A stretch of 31,626 nt of DNA. Origin: Rhizaria sp. SCN 62-66. Its lineage: Eukaryota. The stretch is taken from NCBI GenBank assembly GCA_001724265.1, contig MEDY01000163.1, positions 62,001 through 93,626 on the forward strand, written 5' to 3'. This document shows, one piece after another, positions 20,413 through 30,775 of this stretch. Every line of letters starts with the position of its first letter. Positions within the stretch are counted from its first letter, which is position 1. The position numbers were made by a program, and so were the translations under genes. Under the pieces are notes generated by a model, which was not told the DNA's origin, did not search any database, and was given only the letters and a program-made list of their open reading frames with translations.

Positions 20413-20805
20413 CGCATCTGCTGTGCTGATCAGTAGTGACTCGCACGCAGACTCTAAGTTCGTGCGAAAACCACAAAACATGCGCTCATGATCGTCTCTA
20501 CAGGACATAAGACATCGAACGTCATTACTCTTTGCCTCTTCCTATCATTTCCCTTCGTGTTTTCGCGGCGTTGTTTAGTCACTTACGCCACTACCAACAA
20601 GAACAACAGTTAACAATATCATAGATATCAAACGCAACCAAAAAAAGAAAGCATCTTAACTTAGTAAAGCAGATACTGACGTAAGTAAAAAATAAACTTG
20701 TTATGTTGGGAACATTTCTTTAATCAAAAACAAACACGTAAGCTCTTAATATGAAATCATTTTTCACTATCTCATCTCCTCCTTCCTAATTGTTTCTCTT
20801 CAGCT

Positions 20806-23800
20806 TTAGTTGAAGCTGCTGCCGCCGTTGTTCGCCGCCCAGGCCTGGAGGCGGCGGCGCGTGCCCAGCGGCTTGATGAGCTCAGCCCAGTCGGCCTCCT
20901 TGAGCAGCAGCAGGTCCTCGGGCTCGGTGATGCCGTTCTCCTTGAACACGCCGAGGCACGTCTCGGCGCGCAGGGCCAGACACAGATCCTCCAGCGCGCT
21001 CGTCTTGCTGGCGGGCGCCGACAGCGCGAGACCGGCGCCGGAGCCCTCGCCGCTGGCGGAGGCGTTGGCAGCCGCGGCGGCGGCGGCGGCGGCGTCGGCC
21101 TCGGCCTGCAGCAGCTGCGCGGCCGCGGCGGCCTTCTTGGCGTCCTTGCTCGCGCGCTTGGCGGCGTTGCTGTTGCCCGCCGCGGCTGCCGCGGTGGCCT
21201 GAAGCAGCGCGACGACCTGGTCCGCGTTCTTCTCCTGCGCGTAGTCGAGCGCGGCCTTGCCGTCGTAGGCCGGCTTGCGCCAGTCGGCGCCACAGTCGAT
21301 GAGCATGCGGACGGCGTCGAGGCGGCCCAGCGAGGCGGCGTGCACGAGCGCCGTGCGGCCGAGCTTGTCCGTCTGGTTGATGCCGACACGCCCGAGGCGG
21401 ATGAGCACCGCCATCGACTCGATGTTGCCCCACGCCGCGGCGCGGACGAGCGGCGTGGCGCCCTCGTAGTTCTGGATGTCGACGTCGGCCTTAGCATTGA
21501 TGAGCATGGCCAGCGCCTCGTAGTGCCCGCGGAAGGCCGCCACGTGCAGCGCCGTGTTGCCGTGCTCGCCGACGGCGTTGACGTCCGCCTTGGCCTCCAT
21601 CAGGATCTGCAGGCTGTCGTGGTTGCGCCACACGTTGTTGTTCCAGTACATGGTCCGGATTAGCGGCGTGTGGCCGTGCACGTTGGCCAGGTCCACGCTC
21701 GCGCGCGCCTTGAGCAGCAGCCGCACGCAGTCCGGGTACCCGCGGTCCGCCGCGTGCAGCAGCGCCGTAGCGCCGCCCTCGCCGCGGACGTCCACGCGCG
21801 CCTTGCGGGTCAGCAGCAGCGACACGATGTCCGAGTGCCCGCCCTAGGAAAGAGAGAGAGCAAGCGAACGCAGGAAGAAAGAGATAAAGGATGGTATATG
21901 TGAGATTTGAGAAGAGTGATACATCATTGAAGTATATAGACATGAAATAAATATAAGTATACATAAAGTACAATGAAGACGTCTTATAACGTTGAGATAT
22001 CTTTGCTTAAAGCAAATGCACGTACCTGGACCGCGGCGGAGAGCGCGGTGGAGCCGGCCTCACCGAGCGCGTTGACGCTGGCCTTGGCATCGAGCAACGC
22101 GCGAACGCAGGCCAGCTGGCCGGTCTGCGCGGCGCGCAGCAGCGCCGTGGCGCCGTACTTGTCGCGGGACTCTAGCGAGGCACCGGCGCGCAGCAGGCGG
22201 GAAACGACGCTGGCGTGGCCCTGGCGCGCGGCCGCGATGAGCGGGCTCGACGTGGCGGGGCCGGCCGCGGCGTCGAGCGCCGAGCCGTCGAGCGCGACCG
22301 CGATACCGTCGACGTTGGCGCCCGACTCGAGCAGCACGCTGACCATCGAGTCGAAGCCCTGGCGCGCGGCGTGCGTGAGCGCCGTCTCGCCGCCGTCGTC
22401 GGCCAGGTCGGGGTGCGCAGCGCACTCGAGCAGGCGCCGCGCGCACAGTACGTGGTTGCTCATCGCTGTCGACATGAGCGCCGTCGCGCCGCGCGTGTTG
22501 CGCGTGTTGATGAAGTCGCGCAGCAGCACGGGCGCGTTCTGGTACCGCGCCGCCGCGTTGGACAGCGCGCTCCGCGTCAGGCCCGTGATGTAGCTCGTCG
22601 TCGCGCCCGCGTTGCTGCAGACGCCGCTGTTGTCACCGGTAGCAGAGGCGGGGAAGAAGCTACCATTGCCGCTGCCGTTGGCGTCCGCGTGGGTGGCGCT
22701 GAGACTGGCGGCGACCAGCGAGGCCGCAGCGGCCACGGTCGCGGCGGCGGCGGGCGAGGGCAGGTTCACACCGCTCAGCCCGGCGCGCGCGGTCGCCGCC
22801 GCGAGCGCCGCCGCCGACTCCTTGCTGGCCGCGGCGTCCGCGGTGGCGCCGCCGCTTGCGCCGCTGGAGAGGGGGACGAAGACCGATGGCAGCAGGGGCG
22901 CCGTGGCCGAGGGGCGCTCGCCAGAAGGCTGCTTGTTGGCCCCGGGCCCCTCGGTGGCCTCGGCCGCGGCGGCGTCAGCTGCGGCATCGGCCGCGTCGGC
23001 CGTCACGGACGAGCCCGAGAGAGTCGCCGTGGCAGTCGCTGCGGCCGAGGGCGGCTGCAGCGGGAGCCCGGTGGCGGGGGCGCAGTTGCTCGAGCTGGCC
23101 GCGGCGACGTTGGCGGCGTGCAGCGCGGCCGCGGCGGCCGTGACAGACTCGGACGTGATCGAGTTCTTGCGGCGCCGCTGCCCGCCGTCGTACGTGGGCG
23201 CGTTCTCGGCCGCCTCATTTTCGGGCTCCTCCTCGTCCTCCACCAGAAGCGCGGCGGCGGCGGCGGCGGCGGCGGCCTTGGAGCCGCCCTTGTGGTGCAG
23301 GTTGAGGCTCGACTTGGAGCGCGTCATCGTCAGCGCGCCGAGGGACCCCGCGACCGCGCCGGCGCCAGAGGCAGCAGTGCTGGAGCTCGCGCTCGGGTCA
23401 GCAGAGCCGGCGCCGGGGGCGGCGGTGGCGGTGTTGGCGCTGGCGCCGCGGGCGCTGGCGGCCGACGCCGCGCCGCCGCTGCTGGCGCTGGGGACGAAGT
23501 CGGACTCGTAGCCCTGGAGGATGGCGAAGACGTGCTCCAGCAGCTGCTCGGGAGTCGCGGCCGCGCCCGCCGTCGCCGCGGCAAAGGGCGCGGTGAGGGC
23601 CGAGGAGGAGGACGACGACTGGCCGGCGCCGTTGCTGAGGGTGGCGAGGCCGGAGATGTTTGCGGCGAGCCCGGCCTTTGCGGCGACGACGAGCAGCAGC
23701 TGTTGCGCGACGCCGTCGTTGCCGTTCTCGCACGCAAAATGCAGCGCCGTGTTGCCCAGGTCGTCGCGCCGCGTGCAGTCCGCGCCCTCGCGCAGCAGCA

Positions 23801-25380
23801 GCGCCGAGCAGCGCTCGAAGCCCGCCTTGGCGGTCGACATCAGCGCCGTCGTGCCGAACCGGTTGACCGTGTCGACCTGGGGCTTGGGCGAGAAGCTCAA
23901 CAGCAGCTTGACGCAGCGCACGCGGCCCTCGCGCGCGGCCAGGATCAGCGCCGTGGAGCCGAACTGGTCGGGGTAGTCGATCCAGTGCCGGTGCTCGCCG
24001 CGCGCGAAAGCGCCGTAGCCGGCCCCGTTGCGCAGCCGCCCGCGCGCGAGCTCCAGCGTGAGCGCCACGTGGTTGCCCGTGACGGCCGCGCGGCGCAGCG
24101 CGGCGCAGTCCTCGGTGGCCCGCTGCAGCAGCGGCTGCGCCACGGCGCTCGTGGTGCGCCGCCCGCCAGCGCTCCCGGCCGCGGCGGCGTTGGCGGCGGT
24201 GGCCGCGGGCGCGGTGAGCGGGCCCGCGGTGACCGAGGGCGCGGCGGCGCTGGCGAGCGAGAGCCCGCTGTACGCGTTACCGCCGCTGCCGACGGGCGCG
24301 CCAGCGGTGTGGAGCAGCGGCATGGGCACGAGCGAGGCCACCGAGGCGCCGCGCGAGAAGGCCGGGGGCGCGGCGGCCAGGAGGCGGCGCGCGGCGGCCA
24401 CCGAGGAGCCGGCCGCAGGGGCCGCAGCGGTCAGCGCGGTCGCCGCCGGGGACAGCGCCTGCAGCGACAAGGCGCCGTTGCCCGCGCTGGCGGCGTTGGC
24501 CGAGGCGGCAGCGGCTGCGTTGTTGGTGGCGAAGAGCGAGGCGAGGGGGATGTAGCCGAGCTCGATGGCGATGTCGCGCGCGGACCGGCCGTCGCAGTCG
24601 CGCAGCGCCTCGTCCGCGCCGTGCGCCAGGAGCACCTGCACGATCTCGTAGTGGCCGCCCGCCGCGGCCATCATAAGCACGGTGCGCCCTGCCAGGTCGG
24701 TGTGGTCCGCGAAGGCGCCATGGGCGAGCAGCTGCGTCACGCAGTCCATGTTGCCCCAGGTGGCGGCGCGCATGAGCGCCGTGCAGCCCTCGACGTCCTG
24801 GAGCTCGACGTCGGCGCCGACCTGCAGCAGGCGGCCCACGCAGCGCGAGTGCCCGCGGGTCGCCGCGATGATCAGCGCCGTCGAGCCAGAGTGCGACTGC
24901 ATGTTGACGTCGGCGCCGGCGGCGAGGAGCAGGTTGAAGGCCTCCTCGTTGGCCCACTTAGTCTTGTTCCACACCGTAGCGCGCATCAGCGCCGTCTGAC
25001 CGAACTGGTTCACCAGGTCGGGCGCCGCGTTGGCGTCGAGTAGCGCGCGGACGACGGCGCCGTGCCCGCGGTCCGCGGCCCACATGAGCGCCGTGGAGCC
25101 TTCCGAGTCTTGGAGGTCGGTCTGCGCGTGGAAGCGAAGCAGCATGGCCACGCCGTCCAGGTCGCCGATGATGGAGCACACGATGAGCGGCGTCGCCATG
25201 TCGCCGTCGTAGCCCTCGGGGACGTCGCTGGGCCGCAGCATCACGCGCTCCTCCTCGCGCTCCGGCGCGGCCTGCTCCGGCTGGCCCGACTGCTGCTGCA
25301 TGGCGCCGCTGGGCACGAGCGCGCGGGGCGAGGCGACGACAAGGGCGGTGCTGCTCGCGTCGGCGGGACTGCCATTGCCG

Positions 25381-25424
<44 letters not shown>

Positions 25425-28400
25425 GGCGTCCGCCGAGGAGGGGGTGATAGTGATGGGGAGTAGGGCCTTGCTGGCACTGCGGACATGCCCGCTATTAGCA
25501 CCCGAAGCGTTGTTGTCGTTGTTGTTGTTGTTGTTGCCTGCGCCGGAAGTGACGGGGCGGGCGCGGGACAGCTTCTGCGCCTTGAGCAACGCGGTGCTGT
25601 CGGCGGCGCGGCCCTTGAGCGTGGCGATCTTGCTGGCCGCGGCGGCAGCGTCGTCGTCGTCGTCGTGCGCCGGGCCCATGTGCTCGTCGTCGCCCGTGAT
25701 GCTGTCGTCGTCCTCGTCGTCCGCGTGCGACCGTGTCGCCGACAGCGCGGGCGTCAGCACAGACGACTGCTGCTGCGGACCGAGCCCGCCGCGCGCGCCG
25801 CCGGCCTGCCCCGGCTGCTCGCGGTCGCCGTGGCCGTGCGTGTGGTCCGCGTCGGTCGTCCCCACGACACGCTCGTCGTGCGCGTCCGCGCCGCCGGACT
25901 GCATCAGCACCGCGGCCGTGGCGGCGCTGACGGCGACCGCGTTGCCGTTGCCCGACGCCTCGCGCGCGCGTGGCAGCTGCGACCCAGACCCAGTGGCACC
26001 AGTGGCGCTTGAGGCGAGCGCGTGGGGCGGCGGCGGCGGCGGGGGTGCCTTGCCCTTGGCGAAGATGGTCGCGCGCAGCTTGGCGGCGCCCGACGCGAAG
26101 GCAGCCTTGGCTGTCGAGGGCAGCGGGCGGCCGACGCGGCGCGTGTCGGGGTCGGCGCCGTGCACCAGCAGCAGCTTCATGCAGCGCACGCGCGAGTACT
26201 CGGCGGCGCGCAGCAGCGCAGAGCAGCCGAACTGGTCGCGCAGATTGAGCAAGATGGCGAGCTGCTCCGAGATCTCGCCGATGGCCACGTGCGCGGCCGG
26301 GATCAGGATGGTGTTGTTGTTGGCCTCCATGCAGGCCGCCGTGTTGATGCTGCCGTCGCTACCCAGCGCGTTGTGGCCCAGCGAGCCGTGCAGGTTCGTC
26401 GACGTCTGTGACAGCGAGAAGGACAGCGACGGCGAGCAGGGCGTCGCCACGCCGCTGCACGTCGGCTCCAGACGCGGCGTCGCGTCGTTGTGGTTGCCGT
26501 TGTTGTTGCCGTTGGGGCAGGGGCTGTAGAAGGCGTTGCCGGCGATGGCGGCGTGGCCGTGGGCAGCCGCTGCCGCTGCGGTAGTACTGGGCACCGCGAG
26601 CGAGTTGTTGGCCGCGCCTGGGGAGCGTGCGGCCCCGCCCATGGGGGCGGCCGAGCGCGAGTGCGCGAAGAGCGTTCTCCCGCCCGCGCCGGCGTCGTCG
26701 TCGTCGTCGCTGCCATGGTCCCCGTCATCGTCGTGCTCGTGCTCATCTCCGTGGTTGTCATCCGCCGACGCAGTGCCCTCCAGCAGCGAGGGACGCCCGC
26801 CGCCGCTGACGGGGGGCCGGCCGGCCACGGCGCTCAGCCCGGCCGTGGCGGCGGCGGCCTTGGCGGCGGCGGCGGCGGCCGTGGCGGCGGCGGCGGAGGA
26901 CAGCGCAGCCATCCGCGCCGCCAGCGCGTGCGCGCTGCCGCCGTTATTACCACTGCCGCTCCCGGCGGCCCCCGCCCCCGCCATAGTAGCGCCCATGGCG
27001 GCGGCCGCGGGGCCCGTGGTGGAGTGGCGCGGCAGCGAGCCGGGCAGCGGCGGCTTACCCAGGTCGGCCACGGCCGCGACTGCCGCGGCTGCGGCGGCGT
27101 TGGCGCTGGCACAGCCGAACCCGTTACCAGTACTGCCAGTGCCAGTGCCAGGGGCGGGGAGCGGGAAGGCTCCCGGCGACCCAGGGCTATGCGTGCTCGC
27201 GCCCGTAGCCATCATGCCGGGGGTGATGCTGCTGGAGCTGTGCGTGAGCGGCGTGAAGGTCATGCTGGTGAGCGCGGGCCGGCGCGCGGGGGCGCCGCGG
27301 GCCATGGTCAGCGTCGCGGGCTGCGTCGTGCCGCGCTGCAGAGCCTTGCGCTGGCGCTTGAGCGCGCGGCGCTGCGCCTTGGGCATCGCCGGGTCCAGCG
27401 GGTCGAGCCCCAGCGCGGCGGCCGCGGTGCGCAGCGCGGCACGCTTGCGCTCCATCTGCTCGAGGCGCGCGCGCGAGTGGTATTGCTTGGCCATGGCCGA
27501 GATAAGCAGCGACGCAGAGGCGGTGTTGCCGCGCACACACGCCGACAGCAGCGGCAGCGACGACGTGGGCAGCTCGCCGTCGCGGTCCGCGCCCAGTGTG
27601 CCCAGCGCCAGCGACTGCGCGCGCGAGAGTAGCGCCTTGACGACCTTAGCGTGGTTGCCCGTCGCGGCCACCGAGAGAGCCGACTCGATCTTGTCGTTCT
27701 TGTGGCCTGCATCGGCCTTGGCGTCAAGCAGCAGCTGCGTGACCGTGGCGTGTCCGTGCTCGGCCGCCAGCAGCAGCGGCGTGTTGCCCTGCTTGTCCAC
27801 GGCGTCCGTCGCCGCGCGCGCCCCGATGAGCACCTGCACGCACGCGTTGGCGCCGCGCTCGGCCGCGTAGTGCAGCGCAGTCAGCCCCAGGTCCGAGCTC
27901 TTGTGGGCGTCGGCGCCCGCGGCCAGCAGCGCGGTGACGCAGCCCGGGTGGCCGTTGCGCGCGGCAGCGATGACGGCCGTGACGCCGTAATGGTCACACT
28001 CGTTGGGGTCCGCGCGCGCGGCGAGCAGCTCGTTGACGCAGTCAACCCAGCCGCCCTTGGCCGCGAGGATGAGCCCTGTCATGCCGTAGCGGTCGGGCAC
28101 CGAGGGCGACGCGCCCGTGTCGAGCTCGAGGCGCAGCGCGTTGGCGTCGCCGGTGCGCGAGAGGAAGCGCACGCGGTGGTTCTTGCTGATCTGCTGCGTG
28201 TAGGGCACCGAGCGGTCGATGATCTGGTAGAAGGGCTGCCGGTTGATCGACGCCAGGTAAGGTCCCAGCGTGTACTTGTCCGTCAGGCGGTCGTGCTTCT
28301 TCAGGATCTTAAGGAAGGCCATGTAGTTGAGCTCGACGTAGCATCGCAGCTTGTCGTTGAGCGTGTTAGCCGACTCGAACAACGACAGCACCTCGGCCTG

Positions 28401-30775
28401 CAGCGTCTCGTCGTCCGTGTTGTCGTGCTGCCGGTAGTCAAAGTTCAGCGCCGCATTCTCCAGCACGCGCACGTGCTCGGCGATGCGCTTGTAGTGCGCG
28501 TTGATCATCTCCTTGTCCTACGTAGGGCCGAGGAACAAGGTCGAGTTATATGACGAAAAAGTGTTAAAATGAAGGTTTTGTGAGTATAAGTTGTGTAAAA
28601 AAGAAAACAATTAAATGACTAACTGATATAATTCACTATGAAACACATTATTTTTGGGAAAAAACCATCAGTATATCAGTAGCTCCTGCTTCGGTTTCGT
28701 AAACGTACCTGGTCGATGAGACGAAAAAACTCCCTCTCGAGGTCGGCCAGCTGTTGGTGGAGGCTGCGCACCGGCAGCTCCGCGCTCACTACAGCCGTGC
28801 TCGCGGCGCCCGCGTTGGCGGCGTTGCTGTTGGCGTTGTCCGCAGTCGGGGAGGAGCCCGTTGCAGCAGCGTTGGCAGCGGCGTTGGCAGCGGCGGCGTT
28901 TACGGCGTTGGCGGTGTTGACAGCCTCGGAGGCCGCGGCGGAGGAGCCCTGCGTGGCGGCGGCCGACGACGGAGACGGCAGCGGCAACAGCCCCGTGCTG
29001 GGGAGCGCGTTGACAATCAGCGCGCTCAGCGGAGTCCCGGTCCCGGTGCCTGTACCAGCGCCGCTGTGGCCGTGGCCGTGGCCGTGACCGTGAGCGTGGG
29101 AGGCCGAGGCCTTGGCGGTGGCGGGCGCGCTGGGGGCGCCGACCGCCGCGGGAGCGCTGGGGTTGACGCTGAGCCCCGCCCCGGCCCCAGCCCCGACCCC
29201 CGCCGCAAAGGTGGCGGTGGCGCAAGACTCGGGGTCCGCCGTGGGCGTGTTGTCGCTGTGACCCAGGTAGAGGCTGTTGCCGCCTTTACCGTTACCGTTG
29301 CCGCTGCCGTTGCCGTTTGCTATGTTGCCGCAGAGCGGTAGCGGCCCCTCGGGGCCCATGGGGCTCAGCGGCGTCTGACTGGCGGCCGCGGCGGCCAGCA
29401 GCGCTGCTGTGTCGTTGGCCGCGCTCAGGTGGTAGTCGATGTTGTGCTTGCTGGAACTAGAGCTGGAGCTAGAGCTGGTACTAGAGCTACTGGCTGACTG
29501 CTTCTGTGGCGACGCCGCCGGGCCCTGACTGCCCGCGGGCGCAGCAGCAGCGGCGGCAGCGGCAGCGGCGGCGGCGACCGAGGCGGAGGTGGAGGGCGCG
29601 GTGAGCGCGAGCGCGGCGGCGAGCGAGGGGTTGGCGCTGAGCGCGCGGTGGGGCGTCACGGTGGCGGCGGCCGAGTGCTGGGCAAGCCCAGGCGCGGCAA
29701 CTCGGGACAGCGCGAGCAGCTCATCCTCGTCCAGGTCGTCGTCCTCCTCCTCCTCCTCGTCCTCGGGGTGCGCTGCGCCGGCGCCGCGCGCGTCCTTGTC
29801 GTTGCCGCCCTCAGGATTGATATTGTTGAGCCTGTTGCTGTGCCCGGAGGAGAGCGCGCGCGGGGAGGCCGAGCGCGGCGAGGCGTGGCCGCTGGCGCTG
29901 GCGGACTCGGTCGTCGTCAGAGGCGCCACCGAGCCGTCGTTCGGACTAGCGTTGGGGTTGATGTTGCTGTTGTTGCTGTTTTCAGTGTCAGACTCCGGGA
30001 TGAGGCTGGCCAGCAGGCCCGACCCAGTCACTGAGCCAGCGCCAGCGCCAGCACCAGGGACGGAGCCAGAGCCAGAGAAAGAACCGGGGGCGGCCGCGGC
30101 GCTGCTGCTGCTACTGGCGGGGGCAGCGGGAAACAGCTCGACCGAGGCTCCGCTGGCCACGGCCGTAAGCGTCCCGGTCCCGACCCCGGCGTGACGGGTC
30201 GGGGAGGCGGAGGGCGCGGCCGAAAGTGTCGTCGAGCTGATGTTCGCGGCGCCGGCGCCGCCGGTGGTGTGGAGGCCAAGACGACTGGATGCGCGTGAGT
30301 CCGGCTTGGACCCAGCAGCAGCAACCGCGGCAGCGGCGGCGGCGGCGGCAGCTGAGTTGAGGGCGGATGCTGAGGGGGTGGGGCCGGCGCCGGAGCCGGA
30401 GCCGGGACCGGGGCGGTCGGCGCTGGCGGTGTTAATAGCCGACAGGGAGGAGCTGAGGCCCAGCGCCGTCAGAGAGCTCGAGCCTGAGCCCGAGCCTGGG
30501 GCGGGGGCGGAGGTGGATGCTGAAGCTGTGGGGGTGAGGAGGCCAGGCTTGGGAGCGCCTTCGTGAGGCACCAGCGCCGTGGCCGCGTTGGTCGATGCGC
30601 CGGCGTCGGCGGCGGAGTCGCCGCGGAGAAGGCTGGGGTGCTTCGGCGCGGCCTCGGAGAGCAGGGTCTGCGCACGTGTGATCTTTTTGAGGTGGTCTTT
30701 GAGCAGTTTGTAGCGCACGTACTGCCCCTCCCATTCGGGAGTCATCTTCTCCTGTAGTGTCTGCTCGAACTTCAT
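20806..30775 (-). CDS. SPX-domain / ankyrin-repeat / SAM-domain protein, join(complement 30775..28709, 28517..22026, 21843..20806), ~3198 aa
   Basis: SPX motifs: 'MKFEQTLQEKMTPEWEGQYVRYKLLKDHLK', 'FFRLIDQ|DKEMINAHY' across intron 1, and 'YVELNYMAFLKILKKHDR'. More than 20 ankyrin repeats (GxTALxxAAxxGH), one spanning intron 2 (TALSAAVQ|GGHSDIVSLLL). C-terminal SAM-like 'LGVFKENGITEPEDLLLLKEADWAELIKPLGTRRRL'. Confidence 0.92.
21844..22025 (-). other. Intron 2 of the SPX-ANK-SAM gene (182 nt, phase 0)
   Basis: Minus strand CAG|GTACGT ... ctctctctttcctAG|GGC. AT-rich; removal completes an ankyrin repeat. Confidence 0.92.
25380..25424 (-). repeat. (AAC)15 coding microsatellite encoding poly-Asn
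   Basis: Perfect (gtt)15 on the + strand, within exon 2 of the SPX-ANK gene. Confidence 0.95.
28518..28708 (-). other. Intron 1 of the SPX-ANK-SAM gene (191 nt, phase 0)
   Basis: Minus strand CAG|GTACGT ... ccctacgtAG|GAC. AT-rich; removal restores the SPX helix-3 motif. Confidence 0.9.

Noticed and set aside
22215-25043. 942-aa plus-strand ORF and other long ORFs antisense to the SPX-ANK gene
   Set aside because: Shadow ORFs caused by very high GC3 (few stops off-frame). The translations are Arg/Gly/Ala-rich with no domain signal.
20806-30775. Naming the SPX-ANK gene PHO81 or GDE1
   Set aside because: No GDPD or GDPD-like domain is visible, and the repeat number and SAM tail differ, so orthology is unsupported.
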